Positions 1 to 7,464 of a stretch of 37,170 bases of DNA are shown here, piece by piece; positions within the stretch are counted from its first letter, which is position 1, and each line of letters opens with the position of its first letter. The translations under genes were made by a program, and so were the position numbers. The notes beneath the pieces were generated by a model that was not told the origin of the DNA, did not search any database, and was given only the letters and a program-made list of their open reading frames with translations. Source of the DNA: an uncultured Candidatus Saccharibacteria bacterium. GTDB taxonomy: Bacteria > Patescibacteriota > Minisyncoccia > Minisyncoccales > PEYH01. The stretch lies in contig CAZYBZ010000002.1 in NCBI GenBank assembly GCA_964646075.1, positions 1 through 37,170 of the forward strand, written 5' to 3'.

Positions 1-365
1 CCGACTGGCAGGCAGGACCTACTTTTACAACTCCTAATCATGAATATCCTTGGCCTGATTTTATCTGGCTGCCCGAGGAAATTTTTCAAGGACAAGAGGT
101 TGTCTTAAATCCAGACGCAAGCGAAGCTTATGGCGGAGCAACAATTATTAGTTATTTATGGACTATTACTGAAGGCGGAGGAGAGTTTATTAATGAAACC
201 AATAAGAATACCCGAGAACCGCATATTAGATTTTTAAGCTTAAATAATAAGGTAAAATTGAGAATAACCGATTCAAGTGGTCATTGGTGTGAAAGAGAAA
301 AAACAATAAATGCCCGATTACCTCTTCCTGAATGGATAGAGGTGCCTCCTATTAGACCTCAATAA
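1..365 (+). CDS. PKD-domain-like surface protein, C-terminal fragment (N-terminus lies upstream of the window)
   Basis: The frame starting at nt 3 is open from the window edge to TAA 363-365. It translates ...VVLNPDASEAYGGATIISYLWTITEGGGEFINETNKNTREPHIRFLSLNNKVKLRITDSSGHWCEREK..., which fits the PKD-domain pattern (D.S....I.SY.W.f.dG......p.h.f...g...V.L.V.D..G). It is absent from the ORF track because it has no start codon in the window. Confidence 0.55.
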   Translation, partial: DWQAGPTFTTPNHEYPWPDFIWLPEEIFQGQEVVLNPDASEAYGGATIISYLWTITEGGGEFINETNKNTREPHIRFLSLNNKVKLRITDSSGHWCEREKTINARLPLPEWIEVPPIRPQ

Positions 366-374
366 GAGCAAGAT

Positions 375-440
375 ATGTCCAAGAAGCTAAAAATTTTAAT
401 GATTGGAATTTTTGTGGGCTATTTTATTTTTGTGTTTTAA
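375..440 (+). pseudogene. 21-codon ORF (MSKKLKILMIGIFVGYFIFVF) that looks like a duplicated or truncated 5' end of the pilin-like gene at 978
   Basis: nt 375-401 and nt 978-1004 are 23/27 identical. Both encode MSKK(L/I)KIL plus a hydrophobic stretch. The first copy stops at TAA 438-440. Confidence 0.35.
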
Positions 441-456
441 GTTTTTTGGTTTTTAA

Positions 457-507
457 TAGCGGGGTAAGTGTGAGCGGGGTCAGACCCCACTCACACTTAC
501 CCCGCTA
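457..507. repeat. 51-bp near-perfect, GC-rich palindrome (25-bp arms, one mismatch at 475/489, central base 482)
   Basis: Direct reading: tagcggggtaagtgtgagCggggtc a gaccccActcacacttaccccgcta. No U/T tract follows it on either strand. Confidence 0.9.
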
Positions 508-538
508 CAAAAGACCCCGCTACAAACCCCGCTACAAA
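500..538 (+). repeat. Three direct copies of CCCCGCTACAAA (500-511, 515-526, 527-538)
   Basis: All three copies are exact 12-mers. The first is the end of the palindrome's right arm. The third ends 3 nt before a TTGACA box. Confidence 0.9.
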
Positions 539-541
539 AAT

Positions 542-569
542 TTGACATTGTATTGAAAAAGAATATTAT
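542..569 (+). promoter_or_regulatory. sigma70-like promoter candidate, TTGACA(542-547)-16 nt-TATTAT(564-569)
   Basis: Consensus -35 and a 5/6 -10 at workable spacing, about 70 nt upstream of the ATG at 638. -10-like hexamers are common in AT-rich DNA, so this is moderate evidence only. Confidence 0.45.
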
Positions 570-637
570 GAAAATATAAGTAAAGTCGCAACTATTCTAA
601 AAGCATTTCTAAAGAGGGTAAAGCCCTTTACGCTAAA

Positions 638-985
638 ATGGAAATTAATCAAGAAAGTTTAAAAGAGATTTTAAAAGAGCAAAGAGAAGAGTATCAAAGA
701 TATTTAGGCGTTTTGAAAAAGAATTTTGATAGCAAGATTCAGTTAATTGCTGAATCGGTTTCTGGAATTCAGGCTCAACTTATTGCTATTAGGGATATGG
801 TTGTTAAAAATACCGAAGATATTCAAATGATAAAAATGGATATTGAAATGATGAGGGCGGATATAGAAATAATAAAGACAGATATTGTGGTTATTAAGAA
901 TGGCTTAAAGAAAAAAGTAGATGTAGAGGAGTTTGAAGTTTTGGAAAGACGAGTTCCGATCTTAGAAGCGAAAAAAAATGTCTAA
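638..985 (+). CDS. Hypothetical coiled-coil protein (115 aa) with four tandem DIxxhKx heptads
   Basis: ORF track. Heptad periodicity runs throughout, with no TM segment or signal peptide. Its stop overlaps the ATG of the next gene (ATGTCTAA, 978-985). I recognise no family. Confidence 0.65.
   Translation: MEINQESLKEILKEQREEYQRYLGVLKKNFDSKIQLIAESVSGIQAQLIAIRDMVVKNTEDIQMIKMDIEMMRADIEIIKTDIVVIKNGLKKKVDVEEFEVLERRVPILEAKKNV
818..901 (+). repeat. 4 x 21-nt in-frame tandem repeat inside the coiled-coil ORF
   Basis: Units at 818-838, 839-859, 860-880 and 881-901 each start GATAT(T/A). They encode DIQMIKM / DIEMMRA / DIEIIKT / DIVVIKN. Confidence 0.8.
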
Positions 986-1487
986 GAAGATAAAAATTCT
1001 AATCACGGTTTTATTTATTGTCTGTCTCTTTATTGCCAGTTCCGCATCGGTTCAGGCTCTGGTTCCCTGTGGCAGAAGAGTGGATAATCCCGATACTGAG
1101 ATTGACGAAAGTGCTCGTTGTACTGTTTGTCATTTTTTTATTCTATTAGAAAGAATCATTGATTTTTTTCTTATCGGTTTAGTTCCGCCCATTGCTTTAT
1201 TAATGTTAGTGATTGGAGGAGGAATGTTTATGTTGGCAGCTGGAAAGCCTGAGATGATTACTCTAGCGAGGAAGATAATTTCTTCGGTTTTAATAGGAAT
1301 TGCAATTATTTATGGTTCCTATTTTTTGGTCGGCTTGTTTTTGCGGTCAATCGGTCTAGCTGGTTGGACAAGAGATATATATGAAGATTGGTGGAGAAAG
1401 GGAGTGTTTACCGTGGACTGTAAAGTTTATCTGACGCCTTCTCCACAAAATGGCCAGCCATCGGGACCGCCGCTTCCTCCAGACTAG
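978..1487 (+). CDS. T4SS-type (VirB2/TrbC-like) pilin family membrane protein of the kind common in CPR genomes
   Basis: Signal peptide ending ...SSASVQA, then LVPCG and a CTVC Cys pair. Two hydrophobic helices flank GGGMFMLAAGKPE. The tail is Pro-rich (PSPQNGQPSGPPLPPD). The family assignment is from memory of the LVPCG...C..C...GG architecture, not from a search. Confidence 0.65.
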   Translation: MSKKIKILITVLFIVCLFIASSASVQALVPCGRRVDNPDTEIDESARCTVCHFFILLERIIDFFLIGLVPPIALLMLVIGGGMFMLAAGKPEMITLARKIISSVLIGIAIIYGSYFLVGLFLRSIGLAGWTRDIYEDWWRKGVFTVDCKVYLTPSPQNGQPSGPPLPPD

Positions 1488-1577
1488 TTGTCTACAGAAT
1501 GGTTTGACACTTATAATTAGCTATGCTTTATTAGATATAAGATTATCTAGAGCTGGGCGCTGTTTTGTATTTTTTAT

Positions 1578-1650
1578 GCACCCATAGCTCAACCGGTAGA
1601 GCAGGGCGCTCTTAACGCCAAGGTTGCAGGTTCAATTCCTGCTGGGTGCA
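1578..1650 (+). tRNA. tRNA-Lys (anticodon CTT)
   Basis: Manual cloverleaf: acceptor GCACCCA/TGGGTGC, D arm GCTC-AACCGGTA-GAGC, anticodon loop CT-CTT-AA, T arm GCAGG-TTCAATT-CCTGC, discriminator A. There is one 27:43 mismatch. No CCA is encoded. Confidence 0.88.
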
Positions 1651-1657
1651 TTGTCTT

Positions 1658-2032
1658 ATGCTTGATAAAAAAGAAGTTGGTAAATTAGGAGAGGAGATTG
1701 CTGTTAAATTTTTGAAAAGTAAGGGTTATAAGATTTTAGACAGGAATTTTGAGAAGCAAGTTGTTTCATTGAAGTTCGGGGAAATTGATATTATTGCCCG
1801 TAAAGATGGGGTGATTATATTTTGTGAAGTCAAAACTCTTTCTAGCGAGAAGGGTTTTTCTCCAGAGCAAAGGGTGAATCTTAAAAAGGTAGAGAGGATC
1901 GCCAAGCTGGCTGAGATTTGGTTAGACGAGCAAGGAAAGGGACAAGAGGTAAGATGGCAGATTGACCTTTTGGCAATTGTTTTAGATTTTAACTCTCGCA
2001 GAGCCAAAGTTAAGTGTTTTAAAAATATTTAA
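1658..2032 (+). CDS. yraN: YraN family (UPF0102) endonuclease-like protein
   Basis: Motifs GEEIAVKFLKSKGYKILDRNF...GEIDIIA...IIFCEVKT are typical of UPF0102. I moved the start to ATG 1658 because the GTG at 1646 used by the ORF track lies inside tRNA-Lys. Confidence 0.8.
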   Translation: MLDKKEVGKLGEEIAVKFLKSKGYKILDRNFEKQVVSLKFGEIDIIARKDGVIIFCEVKTLSSEKGFSPEQRVNLKKVERIAKLAEIWLDEQGKGQEVRWQIDLLAIVLDFNSRRAKVKCFKNI

Positions 2033-2145
2033 ATTTTCTAATTAAGGATGAAATCTTTAATTTATTTTAGGAATTATTTAGTGTAAGGCTTGGCGCGAGG
2101 TTTGATTTTGTGTTTGCTCGTTTACTCACAGAAATAAGATTTTCC

Positions 2146-2173
2146 TTGACAGGATTTTCTTTTTTGATAGAAT
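2146..2173 (+). promoter_or_regulatory. Promoter candidate, TTGACA(2146-2151)-16 nt-TAGAAT(2168-2173) with TG at 2165-2166 (extended -10)
   Basis: Read directly from the sequence. Lies about 105 nt upstream of the nusA ATG. Confidence 0.5.
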
Positions 2174-2188
2174 ACAAGAAGAAGAAGA

Positions 2189-2213
2189 GGTCCAAGGAGT
2201 TGGACTCTTTTTT
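2189..2213 (+). terminator. Short hairpin plus T-tract in the nusA leader (possible attenuator)
   Basis: GTCCAA(2190-2195)-GGAG-TTGGAC(2200-2205) followed by TCTTTTTT. The stem is only 6-7 bp, so support is weak. Confidence 0.3.
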
Positions 2214-2278
2214 CTGAATATATTTAATTTTAATATTTTAACTCGTTTGGTATTGTTTAAGCCAGCTGAACATAAATT

Positions 2279-3568
2279 ATGGAAGATTTAAAAGCTCTCG
2301 CCTCTTCTATCTCTCAGATTGCTGAAGAAAAAGGAATTTCTTACGAGATAGTGATTGGCGTTATTGAGCAAGCCTTGGCGGCTGCTTATAAAAAAGATAA
2401 CGATAGAAAAGGTGAAAATATTTTGGCAAAGCTAGAATCAAAAACTGGTCAAGTAAAATTTTGGCAGGTGCTTGAAGTGGTTGATGATAAGATGATTTAT
2501 TCTGAAAAGGAGTTAGAAGAGTCCAAGGAGAAGCAAGAGGAGCAGGCCCATTCCCCTAATATTTTATCTGACAAAGCAAAAAGAGAGAAAGACGAAGGAG
2601 AGGTTTCAGAAGAAGGAGAAGAGAAAAAAATTCGTTTTAATCCTAAAAGACATATTATGTTCGCAGGCGCTAAGAAGAAAAAGCCGAAGATAAAGGTGGG
2701 AGAAGAAATACTAGTTCCACTTGAAGCAGAGGTTAGTTATGGAAGAATCGCTGCCCAAACAGCGAAGCAAGTTATCTTACAACGCTTAAAGGAGGCAGAA
2801 AGAACAGCTGTTTTAGAGGAGTATAAGGCAAAAGAAGGAGAAGTCTTGTCAGGTATTGTTCAGCGAATAGAAGGAGATAATATTTTTTTTGATATTGGCA
2901 AGGCGTTAGGAGTCTTGGCTTTGGCTGAGCAGATACCAGGTGAAACATATGTTGTTGGCCAACGTTTTTTTCTTTATTTGAGAGCCGTGGAAGAAGGGGC
3001 AAGGGGGCCAACAATAATTCTTTCTCGTTCTTATCCAAAATTTGTGACTAAGTTGTTTGAGATTGAGGTGCCGGAGGTCTCTGCCGAACAAGTGGAGATC
3101 AAAAGCATTGCCAGAGAGCCAGGTTTTCGAACAAAGATTGCCGTAACTTCTACGGAAGAGGGAATTGACCCTATTGGGGCAATGGTTGGTCAGCGCGGAA
3201 CAAGGGTAATGGCGGTTATTAATGGGTTGGGCGGCGAAAAAATTGATATTATTCAGTGGTCAAAAGAGCCAAGCGATTTTATCAGTAATGCTTTGTCTCC
3301 AGCTAAAATTTCAGAGATCAAGATTGAAGAGAAGGGAAAAGCAATAGCGATTGTTCCAGAAGACCAGCTTTCATTAGCTATTGGTAAAGGCGGACAAAAT
3401 GTCCGCTTAGCCGCTCGATTGACTGGTTGGAAGATTGATATTAAGACAGAGGGCGCTAAAGAGATAGTGAAGATAGAGGAGCTGGAAGAGGAGCCGAAGA
3501 AAGAGACAAAGAAAAAAGTTAAGACCAAGAAGGCTAAAGGAAAGAGCAAAAAGAAAGATAAAGAGTAA
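2279..3568 (+). CDS. nusA: Transcription termination/antitermination factor NusA
   Basis: N-terminal domain with an acidic insertion, S1 domain (GEVLSGIVQRIEGDNIFFDIG), two KH domains (…IGKGGQNVRLAARLTGWKIDI) and a Lys-rich tail. Confidence 0.95.
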   Translation: MEDLKALASSISQIAEEKGISYEIVIGVIEQALAAAYKKDNDRKGENILAKLESKTGQVKFWQVLEVVDDKMIYSEKELEESKEKQEEQAHSPNILSDKAKREKDEGEVSEEGEEKKIRFNPKRHIMFAGAKKKKPKIKVGEEILVPLEAEVSYGRIAAQTAKQVILQRLKEAERTAVLEEYKAKEGEVLSGIVQRIEGDNIFFDIGKALGVLALAEQIPGETYVVGQRFFLYLRAVEEGARGPTIILSRSYPKFVTKLFEIEVPEVSAEQVEIKSIAREPGFRTKIAVTSTEEGIDPIGAMVGQRGTRVMAVINGLGGEKIDIIQWSKEPSDFISNALSPAKISEIKIEEKGKAIAIVPEDQLSLAIGKGGQNVRLAARLTGWKIDIKTEGAKEIVKIEELEEEPKKETKKKVKTKKAKGKSKKKDKE

Positions 3569-3590
3569 ATTTTGAATTAATTATAAAATT

Positions 3591-5579
3591 ATGAGTCTTA
3601 TTTATATTCCTTTTATTGTTGCTATTTTAGCTCTTTTTTTCGTTTTTTTTCTAATAGAGCGTTTGAAAAAGAGTAGTTCAGGCGGAGAAAAGATAAAAGC
3701 AATAGCTGAGGCTATCAGAGAAGGTGCAAAAGCTTTTCTTAAAAGAGAATTTATAACAATGCTTTTAATTTTTCTTTTGATAGCAATAGGATTAGGTTTC
3801 TTGACTAAAAGCCTTTCTTCGCCTTTAATTTTTCTAGCAGGCGCTTTTGTCTCTAGCTTAGCAGGATATATCGGAATGATGGTCTCGACTATTGCTAATC
3901 TAAAAACTACTTGCTCGGCTCAGAAAAGTTTTTCAAAATCATTTAAAACAGCAATTTGGGGAGGCCAGGTAATGGGATTTCTAGTGGTTGGATTGGGCCT
4001 TTTAGGAATAGTAATTATTTGGATGATTTTTGAGGATGCTAACCTTTTAATTAATTACGCGCTGGGTGCTTCTTTGGTTGCTCTGTTTATGAGGGTCGGT
4101 GGGGGGATTTTTACCAAAAGTGCTGATGTCGGAGCTGATTTAGTTGGTAAGATTGAGAAGGGCATTCCTGAAGACGATCCGCGGAACCCTGCTGTTATCG
4201 CCGACTTAGTTGGAGACAATGTTGGAGATATCGCTGGGATGGGGGCTGACCTTTTTGAGTCTTATGTTTCAACGATTATTGCTGCCGCGGTTATCGGAAT
4301 CATCGCTTTTGGCCCAAAAGGAATCATTCTGCCGCTACTTTTAGCCAGTGCTGGTATTATTTCTTCAATTATAGGAACATTTTTTGTTAGAGTTTCTGAG
4401 ACATCTGAACAACAAGATTTTTCAAAACAGACAGAGAGTGTTAGGAAGGCAATGGAAAGAGGAATAATTGTGGCTAATATTTTAATGGCAACTAGTGCCT
4501 ATATTTTAATTTCTTTGTTTTTTGATAATCTTAATCTTTTCTGGCCGATTCTATTTGGTCTTCTCACTGGCTGGCTAATTGGCAAAACGACAGAGCATTA
4601 TACTTCAGAAAAGAAGAAACCGACTTTAACAATCGCTCGTGCGGCGAAAAGCGGTTCCCCTAGCGTTATTATTGAAGGCTTAATTGTCGGGATGAAAAGC
4701 ACGGTGATTCCAGTGCTTGCTGTTGGAGCGACTATTGTTCTATCTCATCACTTTGGCGGACTTTATGGTATTGCCTTGGCTTCATTAGGTATTCTTGGAG
4801 TATTGGGAATTAATCTTTCAACTGATTGCTATGGCCCAATTGCTGATAATGCCGCTGGTATTGCAGAGATGGGAGGATTAGCGCCAGAAGTTCGTCAAAG
4901 AGTGGAGGCATTAGACGCTGTCGGTAATAGTACAGCTGCTATTGGAAAGGGATTTGCTATTGGAGCGGCTGCTCTGGCTGCCTTGGCTTGGCTGGTGACA
5001 TATTCTCAAAGGATTGAGCTTGCTTCTATTAATCTTTTAGACCCAACGGTTTTGGCTGGTATTTTTATTGGCGCGATGCTGCCGTTTCTTTTCTCTGGCT
5101 TAACAATGAAAGGGGTGAGCCGAGGTGCCCTAGAGGTGGTCGAAGAAGTTAGGCGACAATTTAAGGAAAAAATCGGATTAATGGCTGGAACGGAAAAACC
5201 TGATTATCGAGCTTGCATTGATCTGGTCACGAAACGAGCTCTCAAAGAAATGCTTTTGCCCGGCATATTAATCGTTGCGGCACCAATTCTTGTTGGTCTA
5301 TTTTTAGGGAAAGAGGCGGTTGCTGGCACCTTAGTGGGCGCCTTAAGTACAGGATTTTTAATGGCTATATTTATGGCAAATTCCGGAGCAGCTTGGGATA
5401 ATGCTAAAAAATATATTGAAGCTGGAAATTTAGGGGGGAAGGGTTCAGATGCCCATAAGGCGGCAGTGGTTGGAGACACGGTTGGTGACCCCTTTAAAGA
5501 TACGGCTGGGCCATCTTTGAATATCTTGATTAAGCTAATCAGCATTGTCGCCCTAATATCGCTTACTCTTTTCACATAA
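3591..5579 (+). CDS. hppA: Membrane-integral pyrophosphate-energised cation pump (H+/Na+ pyrophosphatase)
   Basis: 662 aa and multi-TM. Diagnostic motifs are [47 protein letters not shown] and [27 protein letters not shown] carries Ala rather than Lys, the state associated with K+-dependent enzymes. Confidence 0.95.
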   Translation: MSLIYIPFIVAILALFFVFFLIERLKKSSSGGEKIKAIAEAIREGAKAFLKREFITMLLIFLLIAIGLGFLTKSLSSPLIFLAGAFVSSLAGYIGMMVSTIANLKTTCSAQKSFSKSFKTAIWGGQVMGFLVVGLGLLGIVIIWMIFEDANLLINYALGASLVALFMRVGGGIFTKSADVGADLVGKIEKGIPEDDPRNPAVIADLVGDNVGDIAGMGADLFESYVSTIIAAAVIGIIAFGPKGIILPLLLASAGIISSIIGTFFVRVSETSEQQDFSKQTESVRKAMERGIIVANILMATSAYILISLFFDNLNLFWPILFGLLTGWLIGKTTEHYTSEKKKPTLTIARAAKSGSPSVIIEGLIVGMKSTVIPVLAVGATIVLSHHFGGLYGIALASLGILGVLGINLSTDCYGPIADNAAGIAEMGGLAPEVRQRVEALDAVGNSTAAIGKGFAIGAAALAALAWLVTYSQRIELASINLLDPTVLAGIFIGAMLPFLFSGLTMKGVSRGALEVVEEVRRQFKEKIGLMAGTEKPDYRACIDLVTKRALKEMLLPGILIVAAPILVGLFLGKEAVAGTLVGALSTGFLMAIFMANSGAAWDNAKKYIEAGNLGGKGSDAHKAAVVGDTVGDPFKDTAGPSLNILIKLISIVALISLTLFT

Positions 5580-5587
5580 TAGCCATT

Positions 5588-5650
5588 ATCACTAATCACT
5601 AATCACTAATCACTAATCACTAATCACTAATCACTAATCACTAATCATTA
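5588..5650. repeat. Heptanucleotide microsatellite, (ATCACTA)x8 perfect plus one degenerate unit (ATCATTA)
   Basis: Direct reading. It starts 9 nt after the hppA stop and is followed by short TAAT-core palindromes (CTAATCATTAG 5641-5651, TGATCA 5656-5661, TAATTA, ATTAAT). Confidence 0.95.
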
Positions 5651-5741
5651 GTTACTGATCATTGGTAATTAATCGTTGATTAATGAGACATCGTAGATTT
5701 TAAACATCTCCGTATCTACATATATTATTAATTATTTTTTT

Positions 5742-6731
5742 ATGGAAATTTCTATTAACGATATTGAAGAAACTAAAAAAGAAATAAAAGTTGTGGTTCC
5801 TTTTGAAGAATTTAAGAAATTTATCGGGCGAGCCGAAAAAGAGATAATTCAAAATTTTGAGACAAAAGGATTTCGTAAAGGGCAAGCGCCGAGAGAGATG
5901 GTTATTCAAGAGATTGGGCAGAGTAAGATTTTGGAGAAAGCTGCTCATTTAGCTGTTGAGGCTTTTTACCCTCAAGTTATTAAAGAAGCTAAGTTGGATC
6001 CCTTGGGTTCGCCAGAGCTTGACATCTTAAAGCTGGCTCCTAATAATCCCTTAGAATTTAGAGTAAGGATCTTTATAATGCCAGAAATAAAATTACCTGA
6101 TTATAGCAAGATAGCTGGGCAATTTAAAAGACAGGAAGTGATTGTTAAAACTGAAGAAATAGAGCAAGCTTTTAAACAACTTCAAGAGATGAAAGATAAG
6201 ATACCGGAAGAGCATCGGGATAAGATAGACTTTAGTAAACCAGAAGAATTAAAGCAAACGCTTCGTAAACAAATAGAAAAAGAGAAAGAGTTAGCTGAGA
6301 GACAGAGGATAAGAGGTGAGATTCTAGATGGGATCGTTAAGGGTTGCTCTTGGAGCGTACCAGAGATTCTTATCTTAAGAGAGAAGCATAGGGCGATGGA
6401 AGACCTAAAGAGAAAAGTTTCAGAAGTTCTTAAAATGTCGTTTAAGGATTATTTGGAAAAAGTTAAAAAGACGGAAAAAGAGTTAGAGGAATCTTTGATT
6501 CCCGAGGTTACAGGGAGGATTAAGAAGACTTTAATTTTAAGAGAGATTCAGAAGAAAGAGAAGATTGAGGTAAGTGAAGAAGAATTAAAAGAAGAAATTG
6601 ATATCTTTTTAAAACACCCCGCTAACCAGAAAGTTGAGAAAAGCATTGACCAAGTAGCCTTAAAGGGGTATCTTAAAGAAAGAATGGAGCAGGAGAAAAT
6701 CTTGCAATTTTTAGAGAAAATAAGTAATTAA
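5742..6731 (+). CDS. tig: Trigger factor, short form lacking the central PPIase (FKBP) domain
   Basis: Has the N-terminal ribosome-binding signature GFRKGQAP and a C-terminal arm domain. It is 329 aa versus about 430 aa for canonical TF. It sits directly upstream of clpP, as is common in other bacteria. Confidence 0.85.
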   Translation: MEISINDIEETKKEIKVVVPFEEFKKFIGRAEKEIIQNFETKGFRKGQAPREMVIQEIGQSKILEKAAHLAVEAFYPQVIKEAKLDPLGSPELDILKLAPNNPLEFRVRIFIMPEIKLPDYSKIAGQFKRQEVIVKTEEIEQAFKQLQEMKDKIPEEHRDKIDFSKPEELKQTLRKQIEKEKELAERQRIRGEILDGIVKGCSWSVPEILILREKHRAMEDLKRKVSEVLKMSFKDYLEKVKKTEKELEESLIPEVTGRIKKTLILREIQKKEKIEVSEEELKEEIDIFLKHPANQKVEKSIDQVALKGYLKERMEQEKILQFLEKISN

Positions 6732-6743
6732 GCAATTAAACAA

Positions 6744-7343
6744 ATGAATTTAATCCCTACAGTTACAGAGAGGTTTGGTTCAAGAGAAAGGGTTTATGAT
6801 ATTTATTCTCGGCTCTTAGAAGATAGAATTATTTTTCTAATCGGTCCAGTTTCTGATATGGTAGCTAACTCAATTATCGCTCAGATACTTTTTCTCTCAA
6901 GCAAAGATCCTAAAAAAGAGATTAAGCTTTATATCAATAGTCCAGGTGGCTCAGTTACTGCTGGTTTAGCTATCTTTGATACTATGCAATATATTGATTG
7001 TCCAATTTCTACTGTTTGTGTTGGTTTAGCAGCCTCAATGGGCGCTGTTCTCTTAGCAGCTGGAACCAAAGGGAGAAGATTTGCTTTACCAAATAGCGAG
7101 ATTTTACTTCATCAAGTTGCTGGCGGGGTGAGTGGCGAGGCGACAGCTATAGAAATCACAGCGAGACAGATTATAAAGATAAAAGAGAAGATTAATAGAA
7201 TCCTTGCGAAATTAACTAACCAACCATTAAAAACCATTATTAAAGATACGGATAGAGATTTTTATCTTTCTGCTCAAGAAGCTAAAGCTTATGGATTAAT
7301 TGATCTTGTGATAGAATCAAATAAAAAGAAAAAAGACAATTAA
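6744..7343 (+). CDS. clpP: ATP-dependent Clp protease proteolytic subunit
   Basis: [19 protein letters not shown], catalytic Ser in [11 protein letters not shown], His in LLHQ, Asp in [10 protein letters not shown]. Confidence 0.95.
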   Translation: MNLIPTVTERFGSRERVYDIYSRLLEDRIIFLIGPVSDMVANSIIAQILFLSSKDPKKEIKLYINSPGGSVTAGLAIFDTMQYIDCPISTVCVGLAASMGAVLLAAGTKGRRFALPNSEILLHQVAGGVSGEATAIEITARQIIKIKEKINRILAKLTNQPLKTIIKDTDRDFYLSAQEAKAYGLIDLVIESNKKKKDN

Positions 7344-7464
7344 TCCCTTTACAAGCAATTTTTTTCTTGATAAGCTTTAAAATATATTAATTAAACTTGG
7401 AATTTGGTGATTCATAAAATTTATTTAATATTTACAATGTTTTACCAGTTTTTCACTAAAAAAT

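Noticed and set aside
1646-1657. The ORF-track start (GTG 1646) for the yraN-like gene
   Set aside because: It lies inside the acceptor stem of tRNA-Lys (1578-1650). ATG 1658 gives the normal YraN N-terminus.
5204-5599. 131-aa reverse-strand ORF inside hppA. The same applies to other antisense or out-of-frame ORFs: 1726-2007, 2772-3091, 3253-3549, 5700-5948, 8017-8334, 9045-9248, 10248-10430, 10911-11102, 11835-12044, 12188-12472, 12834-13080, 13546-13979, 15077-15397, 15931-16125, 16701-16898, 18704-18907, 19364-20003, 20731-20955, 25459-25835, 29064-29273, 31884-32108, 32208-32618, 32987-33214 and 35697-36035
   Set aside because: Each is fully or largely embedded in a longer ORF with clear family motifs. 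Their translations are low-complexity or Ser/Leu/Phe/Lys-rich with no recognisable domains. They are shadow ORFs.
5588-5650. CRISPR-like or coding tandem repeat
   Set aside because: The units are 7 nt and contiguous with no spacers. There are no cas genes, and the array lies outside any ORF of meaningful length. It is a microsatellite, not a CRISPR array.
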